A stretch of DNA of 61,305 nucleotides, filler included, from Hausera hauseri (taxonomy: Eukaryota), in NCBI GenBank assembly GCA_046269625.1. It is 12 parts of 12 records of this genome, joined end to end, with 100 filler letters (N's around TTAATTAATTAA, not from the genome) between each part and the next. Parts side by side here need not be neighbours in the genome. Positions count along the whole stretch, not along the records: positions 24,977 to 31,839 come from JBJURY010057218.1; positions 31,940 to 36,116 come from JBJURY010718657.1; positions 36,217 to 41,410 come from JBJURY010311166.1; 9 more parts are not named here. One strand, given 5' to 3'. The number at the start of each line of letters is the position of its first letter. The first letter of the stretch is position 1. The position numbers were made by a program, and so were the translations under genes. The notes under the pieces were generated by a model that saw only the letters and a list, made by a program, of their open reading frames with translations, was not told where the DNA came from and made no database searches. Below, in pieces: positions 25,624-37,690 of the stretch.

Positions 25624-27611
25624 ACACAAACAATACTTGTCGGATCTGTAATATAGTATTTACCAACACTACTAACGTGCGTCGACAATAATGAATCTGT
25701 ACATGGGAAAATACATCATCCCTGTGATGTGTTTGGCAGAACCTTTACAAGAATGAACAATTTAAAAGCACGTAACGGAAAGGAGCATGGAGATTCTCTC
25801 AAGAGACCAGCTCCTTCTGCTGTTGAATCAGCTGCAACACCTCCTCCCTAGTAGAAAAAAATCAAGATCTGCTCCTTCGAATCAGAAACAACCAAATTCT
25901 GCTTCTTCAAGTGAGGGGCTTCTGAAAGGAAAAAACATAAACTAACCGAAGACCGAGCTGGTCCTTCACATAATAAAAACAAAAAAAAAAAGTTTCAGAT
26001 TATGATTCATTAAATGGCTTGCGTGAGGATATCAAAAGTAAATATATTTGAAAGTGGGCATCTATAAAAAACATACAGTAACATTGGCAAATACATTTTC
26101 ACTTACACTTATTTCCACAGACCAGACACTGACCACCGATTGGACTGGAGCTGTCTTTTAGGGAACATATTATAACACCAGACACGTAGTTTTAAAATTA
26201 ACTACAGCCACCATTTTATTCTTAGACACAGGGAGACGGGGGATCTTAGATTTTACCATGCATCTAGCAGTACTAGAAACACCTAAACTTGTCAACAAAA
26301 GGGCAGACATTGTAGATTTCGTTAGGGCTCCAAAACAAGATGATCCACTTAGTTTTGCATTACACATTAGGCCAGACACAAAAAAAATACGCAGTAGGAG
26401 CCATTTCATCGTTCCATCATCCAGATTTTATGTATACCACTTAAACGAATACTCGATAGGATGCACTTTAGACCAAATACCCGAACACATCACACGCAGT
26501 CCAGCCTTTAACACTACACAGAAGGACTCAAAATCCAAACCATATACAGCCAATGTATTTTTTATGTTTAGCTATTTTTAGGGGTAACACAAACATACAG
26601 GACACTAGACGAAGTACACAACTCCTGCAGCAATGGTATGATTATCAGGGGTTCTGGCCCCTGGATAGATTTCCCAGGCTTAATTTAATAATTATGCCCG
26701 AGTTGGAAGCATATTTTCAGATAAATATAGACATTTATGTGTTTGACGAGGAACAGGTACTTATCGCTAAAACCCGCATATATGAACCGTTTCATGTTTA
26801 TTTCGGGCGTTGACCAAGCGACACATGCCTTTCGTGTAGCAAATGCGGCAAGCTTTGTCAAATCCACTGTGATTTGATCCGACAAGAAGAGACTTATAAT
26901 GGAGGCAAACCTGTCAATGTCTACAAGAGTGGTGTCTACAACCCACCCGAGACTATTTGGGAGGAAATCGCTCTGCTCAGGATTTCCTTTGTCCCGTTAC
27001 AAATAGGGTTCTTTATGTAGCAATATGCCAAGTTAAGAATGCTAGACTTTTATTACGATTTTATAGATAAATATGTAGATAGGTCAGACTTTCAGCTATG
27101 TGAAATGGATACAGAAAGTTTATATTTGGCCCTCAGTACGGATGACCTAGCTGAGGCAGTCAAACCTGAAATGAGAACAGAATTTTTAACGTGTATGACA
27201 AGTGATTTCCCGCAGAAGTATGCGATGTACATAGATCCAAATTTATTACCAGTGAGGGTAACGCACGAATAGATTGCCAAAGTTGTAGGGATAGGAAGGT
27301 ATTTGATAAGAGAACACTGGGCCTCTTCAAACTAGAATACGCAGACGAAGGGATGGTATCCCTTTGTAGCAAAACGCACCATGGCTAAGGGAGCTACAAC
27401 AAAATGAGCGCAAAATGGCTTATAAACAACACAACACGTTAGATAAAGAAACATTTTTATCGATTTTAGAGACGCGACAAGTACAGGTAGGGACAAACAC
27501 AGGGTTCAAGCCTTTATTCACTTACACACAGTGCAGGAATTCCTTATCTTACTTTTGCATCAAAAGACAGGTCCAGTCCGACAATTTCACATCAAAACCA
27601 CTGGACACTTA
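25624..27611 (+). mobile_element. Polinton/Maverick pPolB of a different subtype, heavily deleted, with N-terminal C2H2-like fingers (remnant 3)
   Basis: CRIC../HPCDVFGRTFTRMNNLK; IGFFM*QYAKLRMLDFYYDFIDKYVDRSDFQLCEMDTESLYLALS; RTLGLFKLEY; LCSKT; LSYFCIKRQV. Confidence 0.85.
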
Positions 27612-28774
27612 AACACATATACACACATGCGCTCACACATACATAGAAGCCCATGTGTTAAATATTGTTCTACAAACAAAAACTGTAAATGATGTAAAAC
27701 ACGTATGGCTGAGCTTTATCGGGTAAATAAAAAGAATGCCATGTATGTGAATAAAAATATGACAGTGTGATTCTATGGATTGTATTAAACTATGTCCTAA
27801 TCGTATATGAAAACTATTTTTCTAATTTTCTTTTTTTCCGACCTTAAACTATTATTGTTTGTGAAAATACTGATGACAAAATAAATGATAAAAATATACA
27901 CCGCCTTTTGTTTTATGTGTATGTCACTAAATGTATACTAAAAACACTCATCTACACTTATCTTGGGAAGCGACTGGATGACCTTAAACAGGGAAACATG
28001 TGTATACTAAACAAATTATCCGCCACCCAACGGAAACAATGGAAACCCTGTCCTACCCCTGAAACCTCTAAACAAGTCTGGACATGTTTGGGAAAATCCC
28101 GACCTCGTAACAAGTCTGGACATATCTCTAGAACAAAAAGCTGAGGGGAAAAACACATTTATCATCTGAGTATAACCTTGTCATGACCCAAAGACAAGCC
28201 TGAACAAATTTGTGACCTGGGGAAGCCCGTGCGGACGACCTCGGTGCATGACCAGCAGCCTGTGACCTGGTGGCGGGCGGCCCGGCCATCTGGTTGTCCG
28301 GGCGTGGAAGCTGACGCCATTAACACAATTACATAATTACCTAAAATATACAAAGAATTGTCTCCCCTTACTATCCTGGAACAAAAACCTCATTGCTCAA
28401 GCCACTATTGTTTCTCCCTTACAAAAATGTCTAAGTGAATTGTCTGCCCCTTACGAAAAAATTACCAAAAGTTGCTCCCATTTACCCGACGCCATCTTGC
28501 TCCACTCTTGTTTCAGGTTTTTTTCTATGCTTCACTTACAAAACAATTCCAGAGTTGTCGCACCCTTACCCGACTGGAGCAATGACGGCATTGCCCCAGC
28601 CTCCCTAATCAAATATTTCGTAACAATTACATAACAAAAACGTCATCTTACATCATCTTTAATCATCTTATGCCATCTTTCCTAATCGGATATAACGTCA
28701 TTGCCGGATACGACGTAATTGCTCCAACATTGTTCCAGGTATTGTCTATGCTCCCTATATACGCCCCCTGAAAT

Positions 28775-28803
28775 TCGGTCTCGATGGTGTATACTATACT
28801 ACT
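28775..28803 (-). repeat. Putative Polinton terminus
   Basis: Minus strand reads AGTAGTATAGTATACACC from 28803; AGTAGT is a typical Polinton end; the adjacent LINE ORF breaks at this point. Confidence 0.6.
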
Positions 28804-29195
28804 TTCGTGTTACCCTAAGAGACATTGCGAGCGTTGAAGTCACCATACACCATTAACATGTTTCCAGGTTGTCCCTTAAATCACAGATGAACTGCCAGTC
28901 ATCACATTTGTTGTGGGAGCGATTCCCTATATAAACGTTTATGATGTTCTAACGCCGACCACGCACAGTAATCTGTACTCCTTGTAACTCTCTGTCCGCC
29001 CTCTCCCAAACGTCTAAGTTCAAAACGGAGTGTGGTAGATCTTGTTTTATCAGAGTAGCCTGGCCATGATGTGTAGGGCTCACGGGATTAACATAACACT
29101 TAAATCCGTGGTTTGACAGTAAGCGCTCCAGAACGGGGTGACGCTGGCGCGCACTTAGACAGTTCCAATAACAAATGTTGATGTTTTTCAGTCTG
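28804..29195 (-). mobile_element. Non-LTR retrotransposon AP-endonuclease domain, degenerate
   Basis: INICYWNCLSARQR..LERLL; HGQATLIK; NIINVY; VYGDFNARN. Confidence 0.75.
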
Positions 29196-30783
29196 ATTCT
29201 GTCTGCTTTATTTCATACCTTCCTCTTTCCTGCTCTTCTCTTAGATGACCCTCCACGTTGTCCCCGCTTTCTAGTGTTTACTTTGGTGACCGATGAAGCC
29301 AATGTTGACATAAGGGCATGAACTCCGTTGCTATAGCGACGGCTCCCGATTTTTCAAGTGGCTGTGGTGATTTTTTATTCAAATAGTGTTCTAATTTCTG
29401 TTAATGCCGACTGGATGTAAAGCAAAATGTATAGTCGTTCAATTGCCGGATCGTCTACATGTGAAGATTGTGACCACACGTGCGAGCTGTTCGGGAATTT
29501 CCTTCAAACCCTTCAAGGCTGGACAAAAAACAGCAGTCCTCTTTGTCGTAGAACACATCACACAACAAAGAAAAAAATCATCCGCCAGCCATCTCCATCA
29601 CGCTTGGTTGTGTCTGTGGTTAACACACCTTGGCTTGATTGTTGATTGTGCAGTTGTGTGTGGCGTCCAGTCGAATTCACTTTTCCACTTTTAATCGCGC
29701 ATTTCAATAAAACTTTTAATTTCGACACTTTGAGACTTCCGGTCAAGATGTCGGTTTGATAAGTTGTACTTTGTTGTACAGTGATTGTGATTCCAATTTC
29801 TTGGACTGTGCAGCCAGTCGTTGCAACCATTGATAAGGTTGCTATATTTTTTTCGAGGAGCTAATGTGATGTTGAAATTAAACGTTTTTTTTTATATTAG
29901 CGTGATTACTAACTACCAATCTCCAGTTACCTTTTGAAATAGATGAAAAATTAGGGAATAATATAACAGACGACAGATTATCAACGTGGTAGACATAACT
30001 TTAGTAGATAATGTAAACAAATACGAGATTTATAGAGTCAAAACCTTATTCAATCCTATCAATGAAGAGCAGAAGAGGGGCTATTGTGACATACCCTAGG
30101 TTAAACAAGTGCCTTCCACCGACACATATCTGGGCACAATAATCGATCATAGCCGACAGATCATAATTAAATACTGAGGACAAAATATTTACCAGTGTCT
30201 TGTATAAGATGTATCAGACTATTTAATGAAACAGTAGCAGATTTTACTAGAGATAATTAGTTAAAAGTGTGGATATATCTCATGTATTTAATTTCTTTTG
30301 ACTTTTCATATTGTGTTCATGTTTTATATTATTTTTTAAAATCAAAATAGTATTATTATCATCATCATATATTCATCATAGTTTTATTACTGACAGACGT
30401 GTAATCCTAACTTATTTAAACACTTTTTTCGTATGTAACATTTTTCGCAGGAGTTTGATTTAGTCATTTCATGTGTTTTTGTGAGTGTCATTGTCTCCAT
30501 AGAGGAGGTATGCTTGTCTCAAGAATTTAGACAGAGAGCATAAAACTTCCAACCATTTATTAGGAGGATTCCCGGAGATCATTCACATCGCTGACAAGAA
30601 TCCGAATGATCCCACTGACTCTTAGAGACCCAGCTTGTTAAGTAGCTTCCCAAAAGATACTCTGATTGCCTTTGTGAGCCCTGCGTCTTTCTGTTGATCA
30701 TTTGTGTCCCTCATAGGTACCAAGAGGAACGTTCAACTCTGGTCTGATTATCGTGCCATGTTGATATCACGACCACAGTGTGA

Positions 30784-30803
30784 TGTGTGTGTGTGTGTGT
30801 GTG
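30784..30803. repeat. (TG)10 microsatellite followed by an AT/AC-rich degenerate repeat
   Basis: Direct inspection. Confidence 0.95.
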
Positions 30804-31618
30804 CACCCACATATGCACAAATATCCATGTTTATGTATGTAAATGCACACATACATATATACATATATATACGAATTGGCACTTATACATACTTAGATAT
30901 ACATTTTTGTGTAGTAATAGCTTACAGTACCGGCTTACTAAATCTGGAACACATCCCCAGCCTGGAGGACAAGTTGTTCATCCTACGCTATGTCTTATTT
31001 TATATCCTATGAACATTTTAGGGATGTTGGCTACAACACTCTTTTAAATGCATTAATTGTACTTGTGTTTGAACAGTGCAGCTAAAAACACTAAACGTGG
31101 TACCATGGCACCACAGCAGTTGAGTTTTTTGCACTGTGTGTGACAATAGGAAGTTGCATTGAAGGAGTTATAATTTAGACCATGTTTTCATAATAGCTGT
31201 ACGTTACACCCAATTATGGGATTAGATCGCTTCAATAATGCTGATACTACAGTAACACCTAAATCTCCACACAAAAGCACGTTACGGTGGACTGGTGACA
31301 TTTTTATGATCAACTGGAGAGTGAAAGCTAGAAGTTTCTGGGTATGCCATTCAAGGCAACCTTACTTCCAGGGAGTTCACTCGTTGACTCAAGGCACTCT
31401 CCTTACAATCAACCAGGGCAGTAGTATAGTAAGAGGTAAACAGTTAGCATTTCGAAGACACCGCACATGCACCGAGAGGGTGTGTCCAAGTGGCGTCAGA
31501 AGGCAGAGCAGGAGCACAGCTTGTGATACCGGGAAGAGGGGAGGAGTCAGGTGTCACAGGTACCCGGAAGGTAGAGGGGAGGAGCAGAGATGGCGGCTGA
31601 AGGGGGAAACAAGGGGGA

Positions 31619-31660
31619 GGAGCAAGACTGGCGCAGCCTGGAGCAAGACTGGCGCAGCCT
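31619..31660. repeat. 21-bp tandem duplication (GGAGCAAGACTGGCGCAGCCT x2)
   Basis: Direct inspection. Confidence 0.95.
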
Positions 31661-31804
31661 GGCGGAGCAGACGGGGTCATGTGACATTGTGAGGTTGGCG
31701 CAGGTAGCAATTATGTCAAGAGGGTCACATGGTCTTATGGGTAGTGGGCCTATAGACAAAGGAATGAAAAATGGGTTATAGGGTCTTACCAGTAGACAAT
31801 AAAC

Positions 31805-31839
31805 AGGCACTACGTTACGACCACGAGGTCTTCATCAGG
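31805..31839 (-). ncRNA. Degenerate hammerhead-ribozyme-like core of the Penelope type
   Basis: CCTGATGA-A-GACC(TCGT)GGTC-GTAAC; canonical GAAAC is GTAAC; cut by the contig end. Confidence 0.35.
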
Positions 31840-31939
31840 NNNNNNNNNNNNNNNNNNNNNNNNNNNNNNNNNNNNNNNNNNNNTTAATTAATTAANNNNN
31901 NNNNNNNNNNNNNNNNNNNNNNNNNNNNNNNNNNNNNNN

Positions 31940-32567
31940 GTTTCAAAATACGGTCCTTGACGTAACAGCTAACTAAGGCATCTACTTTTGGTTTTTCACT
32001 CCTGTCTATGAGCGGTAAATTTGGTTTCAAAGCTGTCGACTCGGAACTTTTCTTTATGTAAATTTGTTTCTTTTGAGCCATTTGAAGTAAATTGGATAAA
32101 TCAGCAGCATCCCGTTCAATGAATGGCAATTTGGTCAAATCGCCGATGCCAGTGATTTGTACGAATTTCTTAAATATTTTACTCTTTTGATATTTATTAT
32201 ATCTACTATGGATATCATCGATTTCATTGTGCGGCACGTGAGCTTCCATACTTGTTTTTCCATCATCGTCCTTCGTGGACAATCCAGCCATTTTTTTGGC
32301 GAAAAATATCTCTGGTATGTAACATCTCGTATTAATGGTCAATAATTTGTTTGGAGGCTTGAAAACGCACAAGTCTTTTACTGAATTTAGGTAACCTAAA
32401 ATGTCACTGTTCCTAATTTGTTCGTACTTTAATTCATTTTCAGCTTCGTTTTGAATTTCCTGCTTTTCGATTTTCTCTGTATTTTGTACTAATGTACAAT
32501 TCCAGTTGACAACCAAATCAAGTTCCGCATTGAACGATTTAATCTTAGATTTGGCACGTTTACTCAT
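31940..32567 (-). CDS. Hypothetical protein, 3'-incomplete (~209 aa)
   Basis: ATG-initiated stop-free ORF running into the spacer; family not recognised. Confidence 0.45.
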
Positions 32568-32853
32568 TTATATCCANNNNNNNNNNAAAACGATTTTGAT
32601 CAATTAAAATGTTCTTTTGCATTGTTATTAGTAAGAAAGCTGAATAGATGAATGATGTACAATGTTCGACACATCTAGAACGAGAATGAGTTTTGTGTTT
32701 GAATTTGTGTTAAATTAAATACGGTTAATAAAAGAATGTACCTTTTGTTGCTTGTGCGTTACCGCTTTACCACTCTGAAAAGATTCACCATTAAAGTTGT
32801 TATTTACGCAACAGTCAATTACAAAAGCGCGATATACGTAACTACATCAAAAT

Positions 32854-33210
32854 TACAGGGTGTCCGGATAGAAGTGTCGGTTCAAAAAACACTCATGAAA
32901 TCTAAAGTAATTGAAATTTATTAAAAAAAATTTATATACGCGATTCTCAAACACTACCAATGAAAAAATAGTTCAGTTCGAATCGTTCACCTTTTTCCTT
33001 AACAACTTTCTTTAATCTTTTAGGAAACGAGTTACAACTGTCATGCACAAGATCGTCAAGTTATTGGCCTGCCTCTTCGCGTAATATAAATCCTTTTGAC
33101 AATTCCATATGGGGATACATGGTCAGTAAACTTGGCAATATTAGGCATATGAATTTGGAGCAGTTCAAGCGTCATTTGGTAAAAATATGGAACGAAATTC
33201 TTGACGAGGT
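32854..33210. mobile_element. Tc1/mariner (maT-like) 3' end, internally rearranged
   Basis: TA+CAGGGTGTCC terminus; minus strand LDDLVHDSCNSFPKRLKKVVKEKGERFE; plus strand NPFDNSIWGYM..LVKIWNEILDE. Confidence 0.7.
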
Positions 33211-33237
33211 GGGCGGGGTGGACGCCGCGCAGCTAAC

Positions 33238-34200
33238 ATGGCAACTTACGCCACAATGGACATTTTTGCGAACCAATTGTTGCCCAACGAATTTAGAAAA
33301 GGCAACGATGTGGAGACGTTCATTAAAGGATGTGAGAAATTCTTTAAATATATAAACACCCCGGCAGCGAAGCGGGAAATCATGGTTGAATATTTCTTGA
33401 AGAAAGAAGTACAAGGAAGATACGAGGCAGTAGATGCGAATATAACGGAATATCAAAACCGCCTACGGAAGGCTTTCGCCCGACACTCAACTCTGTGCAA
33501 AGATCTGAAGGAAGCGCTCGAGTACTGAATGAATGGAACAGAACCGGAGGCTTACTTTAAGGCACTCGAGAAACTGCTGGATAAAGTTATGAAACACGAA
33601 TTTTTACACAAGACTGTAAAAGAGGAACTATTATTCCAATGTTGTAACAATATAGAGATGATAAAAGAGACGCGGAAACCATAAAGGGAAAAATACGGAA
33701 GATACACGAATTAAAGATTAAGACGGTCAAGGAGTATCCAGGGATCGGTAGAAGAAGCTACCAGGAAGTGGTAGGATGAAATATCAGGAAACCCATTTCT
33801 AGAATCAACACGACCCCAAATAGACCACCAAATAGTAGATTAAAGTGTTGAACATTTCAGAAGGAAGGACATACGAGCAGAACTTGCACCACACGGGGAC
33901 CGATTAAATGCTTTGGATGCGGAAAAGAAGGACATATAAACAAGCAGTGTCCCGAAAGACAACCAATAACATGAAACAGATGTGGTCAGCTAGGGCACAT
34001 CAGACAAAACTGTATAAACCTTTGCTGTGCTAGATGTAACCATAGGGGACATACCGAAAAGGAGTACTACGTCAGGCTGGAAGGGAAAAGAGAATCAGAA
34101 TGGGATACATACTAAGTAAAAAGAAGGTATGGGGATAATTTGAACAGAAGACGGGAGACGTCGCAAACGTAGAGGAAGAAGAAACAGAATAGGAACAGGA
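33238..34200 (+). mobile_element. LTR-retrotransposon gag with four CCHC knuckles, degenerate
   Basis: C..FQKEGHTSRTC, CFGCGKEGHINKQC, RCGQLGHIRQNC, CARCNHRGH; many stops. Confidence 0.7.
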
Positions 34201-35727
34201 GTCAGTTGCCCAAAAGGCAGAGCCTCGATAGAAGTGGAGCAAATTGGGGCACTACAATAGATTAAGTCTCCCAAAATATCGTTAGGTATAATAGTAGTGG
34301 TATATCAAACAGTATAAACGGATCAAGAAGAAAGGGACACGGATATGTAGTGATAGATAAAAGAACACAGGAAAATGTACGGGAATTTATGAAAACGGGA
34401 AATTTCCAGGAAGTATCCTTCAACGGAATGGAGGAAAGTGGGTACGATACGCAAATCTTCACGCTAGAAGAATTGTATGCCGAACAGTATCATATGGGAA
34501 GTTTCATGGACGACCAGGAATCAAGTTAAAGATACAAGATAGATGGGAAGATTGCTTATTTTACACGGTGCGAGAGTAAACGTCACAAGCAAGAAGACCG
34601 CGATTAAACTGGCAAACACATACATAGAGAAAAATGGGATACCACACTACGATGTGCGAATAATGGTCCCTTAGATTGCCCTGGTACATTGACAGGAGAT
34701 GTAGAAATCAAGGGACTAAGGAGATGCGTAACATTTCTGGTAGTGTCGGAATTACGCCCAGAAACGATAGGTGACGTGGACCTGCAGAAGGCATACGGAA
34801 TAGAACTGGGATGGAAACACACGGAGACGGAAACATTACAACAAGACATATGCAATCTGAAGCCAAGTTCTGCCGTAAGGTGACTAACCAAAAAAGAGTC
34901 AACAGGGCTGTGGTGCCCACAGCGGCCGGTTCCCTTTGGCCCACTTGGTTGGACACGGCCGGGCATCCGCTATCGCCGCTTCGGATAGATAGTCGTGTCC
35001 GACTCTTCGCTTTGAGAATACAATCTCTGAATATGTTTTATTCTCTAATGCAAATGGACAGCCATTTTGTTATAATGGTCGTCGGTTGTTTACCACCACG
35101 AAATGGAAGCAAACGGATATTGAAGCGTTTACAGTAAATGGTGTTACATCAAAACCAACTCAAAACAGTATTACAATTTCGAAGACAAAAGCGCTTGGCC
35201 TATAGAGCGATTTAGATATAAATATACTGTACAAGCAAGAAGAAAAAGAACGAAAATCACTAATATTCAAAACTTTCATGGCTTCAATACCATCAAAAAT
35301 ATTCAAAGCTTCACCAAAAATATCTAGTTTCAATATCAAATTGGTTACTATTTCATGGAACATGATACATTTGAGTTATCAGAGAAGGACAACAAAAAAC
35401 TAGCAAATCTGAACATGAATCCCGTGAGAATCTAAATTTGACTGTCGAAACAAAAACAAAAATAAAACCATCAGTTGAATTAAAATTTTCGGAATTTTTT
35501 TGTATGGACCATCAGATGAAGGTGACATTACCGATGATTTTATGAAATTCAATTGTGCATACAATGCCGACAACTTTCTCGATGATTTCACCGACAACTT
35601 AGACGCATCGTTGTACATTATCAATCAATAATTTGCCGATTTTCAAGCGATCAACATCATTCCAACAGAGAATTATTAATCGATGAATTATTTGACGTGT
35701 TCCTATTAACCGTCATCGTCAACGGAA

Positions 35728-35946
35728 TTGTCCGATAGTAAAGATTTTCTGAAAACCGAAATCGTTTCACCTGAATCCCTTTCGTCGTCCTTTAATAAAA
35801 GCTACAGTGTTGGTTCAACTCCGTCGTCGAAAACAAAAGTCGGCTCCGTTCAAAATTTCGGACTGGAAGTCTGTTCACTTTGTAATTATTTGGCAACGGG
35901 AAAACATTATGGTGTCTATGCATATGAAGGCTGCAAGGGATACTTT
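35728..35946 (+). pseudogene. Nuclear receptor (NR2/RXR-like) fragment truncated in the first zinc finger
   Basis: CSLCNYLATGKHYGVYAYEGCKGYF: P-box CEGCKG with Cys to Tyr; homology ends at TGTGACGAC. Confidence 0.75.
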
Positions 35947-36217
35947 TGTGACGACAGTCGTGAGAAAATATGAGTGGTGAGAAGACATGAGAGACATTAA
36001 ATCGCTAGTGAATGTAAATAATAATTTTATTATCACTGTCAATATGTTGTAAATATTGCGGTATATTGTGAATATTAAATTGTTTAGTAGTCATACATAT
36101 GTTGGAAATTGGCCTANNNNNNNNNNNNNNNNNNNNNNNNNNNNNNNNNNNNNNNNNNNNTTAATTAATTAANNNNNNNNNNNNNNNNNNNNNNNNNNNN
36201 NNNNNNNNNNNNNNNNT

Positions 36218-37503
36218 TGCAGTCTACAAGTAAATTATAGTGGGACAGAAAGTCTAAACCCAATATAGGTGTGCGTACATTGGCTACTGTAAATCTTGAA
36301 GTGAATGTGTTTAAGAAATTTGGAAGTGTAAAAGTTAATTTAGTAACACCAAAAGTTTGTAAACATTCACCGGACTCAGCGGACAATTGCTTTTTTGAAG
36401 TGAAATTGTTTTGGATGTACTGCGTTGATGGTAGAAAAGAGATTGCTGCGCCGGTGTCTATGAGAAAATTGATGTTTTGCTTTGTTGGAGTGACGACTCC
36501 TGCTTCCGACGTGAATACAGCAAAAGAAATGTGTCGGCTATCTTTTTGTAGGTTGTTGACTTTGCTAGAACTTGCCGTGTATCCTAGCGGCTAAATCAGT
36601 TTTTTTATCTGGTAAGTTTGGCCTACTGTTTTGTATGAGCCTAATAGTGTTGGTTTTATTGTGCGTGTTGTAGTTACAGCCAGGTAGGCATTTCTGTGCT
36701 TTTGTTCCAAATTTTGCGTGATAGATGCAAAAGATGTTGCTTGTATTAAAATCGGGGGTGTAAAGTTTACAACCAATGTAGCATTTCTGAGCATTGTTAC
36801 CAAATTTGTTGTGATAGTAGCAAATAGACGACCGCGCGGTTGAAGGCGACCGTCTTTGTCGTTTATAAAATACATTAGGAGAAGCAGCCCTAGAAAAACC
36901 TCGGTGAGGCAGCGTTAACTCATTTAATTTTTCTTTTGTGTTATTAATTGTTTTTTGCAAAATTTCGCTGCCTGAGCCTAATTGCGCAATTTGTTGCTAC
37001 AGCAGTGCATTTTGTTGTTGGTGGTTTGTTATTAATGCCGCAGAGTCAGCTGGTGATGTGTGTGAGTGCAGCACTTTATAAGCTTTGTCTGCCAGTTCGG
37101 ATAGCTTTTCCAGTGCCGTGGAGTCCTCGACCACAGTGAGCAAAGTTCTTATTTGAAAAGGCAATGCGTTTAGAAAGTAGCGAAAAATAAGTTCTGGACT
37201 ATGCTCAGATGTTACGCCAAGGGTATTGAGGTGAAACAAAGATGTGCGCAAGAATTCAAAAGGCTTCTGTAGGCCCATGACGTTGTTAGTGTAAAACCTT
37301 TGAATGATAGAATCGATTGACGGCTAAGTAAGCTTAAGAACTGCATTATTATAATGTTGAGCATATGGATCGGTGAGGTGAAAGATGTCGATAATGTTTG
37401 TAATTTTAGTTTTTATAGAAGCAGGTGAATGAAATACAGGCTGTTGGCTTTGGATAAGGGGTCGACGACGTTTTGTGATTGGAGTTAGAATTGGTGCAGT
37501 TAC
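36218..37503 (-). mobile_element. Ty3/Gypsy CsRn1-like gag-protease, degenerate (copy H)
   Basis: GLQKP.EFLR, FLNALP..IR..L, LADK, two CHCC motifs (CYYHNKFG..AQKC..GC), protease FLIDTGAAISF, PILGLDFL; closely similar to copy L. Confidence 0.9.
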
Positions 37504-37690
37504 TGCGTTTGTGCAAATATGTTGATTATTTAAAAAAAGGAAGAGGGAATACGGAGGAGTCGTGTAGCCAGGGACGTGTCGTGGGACGGCAGCGAACGGT
37601 GCCGTCTCACCCAATGGCATAGGGTGGGCGGCCGGGGCTTCAGGCTCGCTGCGGCGGGCCGCAAATTTCGGGATAGCCGCGGTCTCCGCA
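37504..37690 (-). repeat. Putative short LTR of copy H (~187 bp)
   Basis: Begins TGCGGAGA, ends AACGCA; its GC-rich part aligns with 60550-60709. Confidence 0.55.

Noticed and set aside
30090-30160. QVPSTDTYLGTIID as a LINE reverse transcriptase fragment
   Set aside because: Only about 15 codons and no flanking support.
31216-31810. GC-rich overlapping ORFs
   Set aside because: Low-complexity and tandem-repeat-driven, with no recognisable domain.
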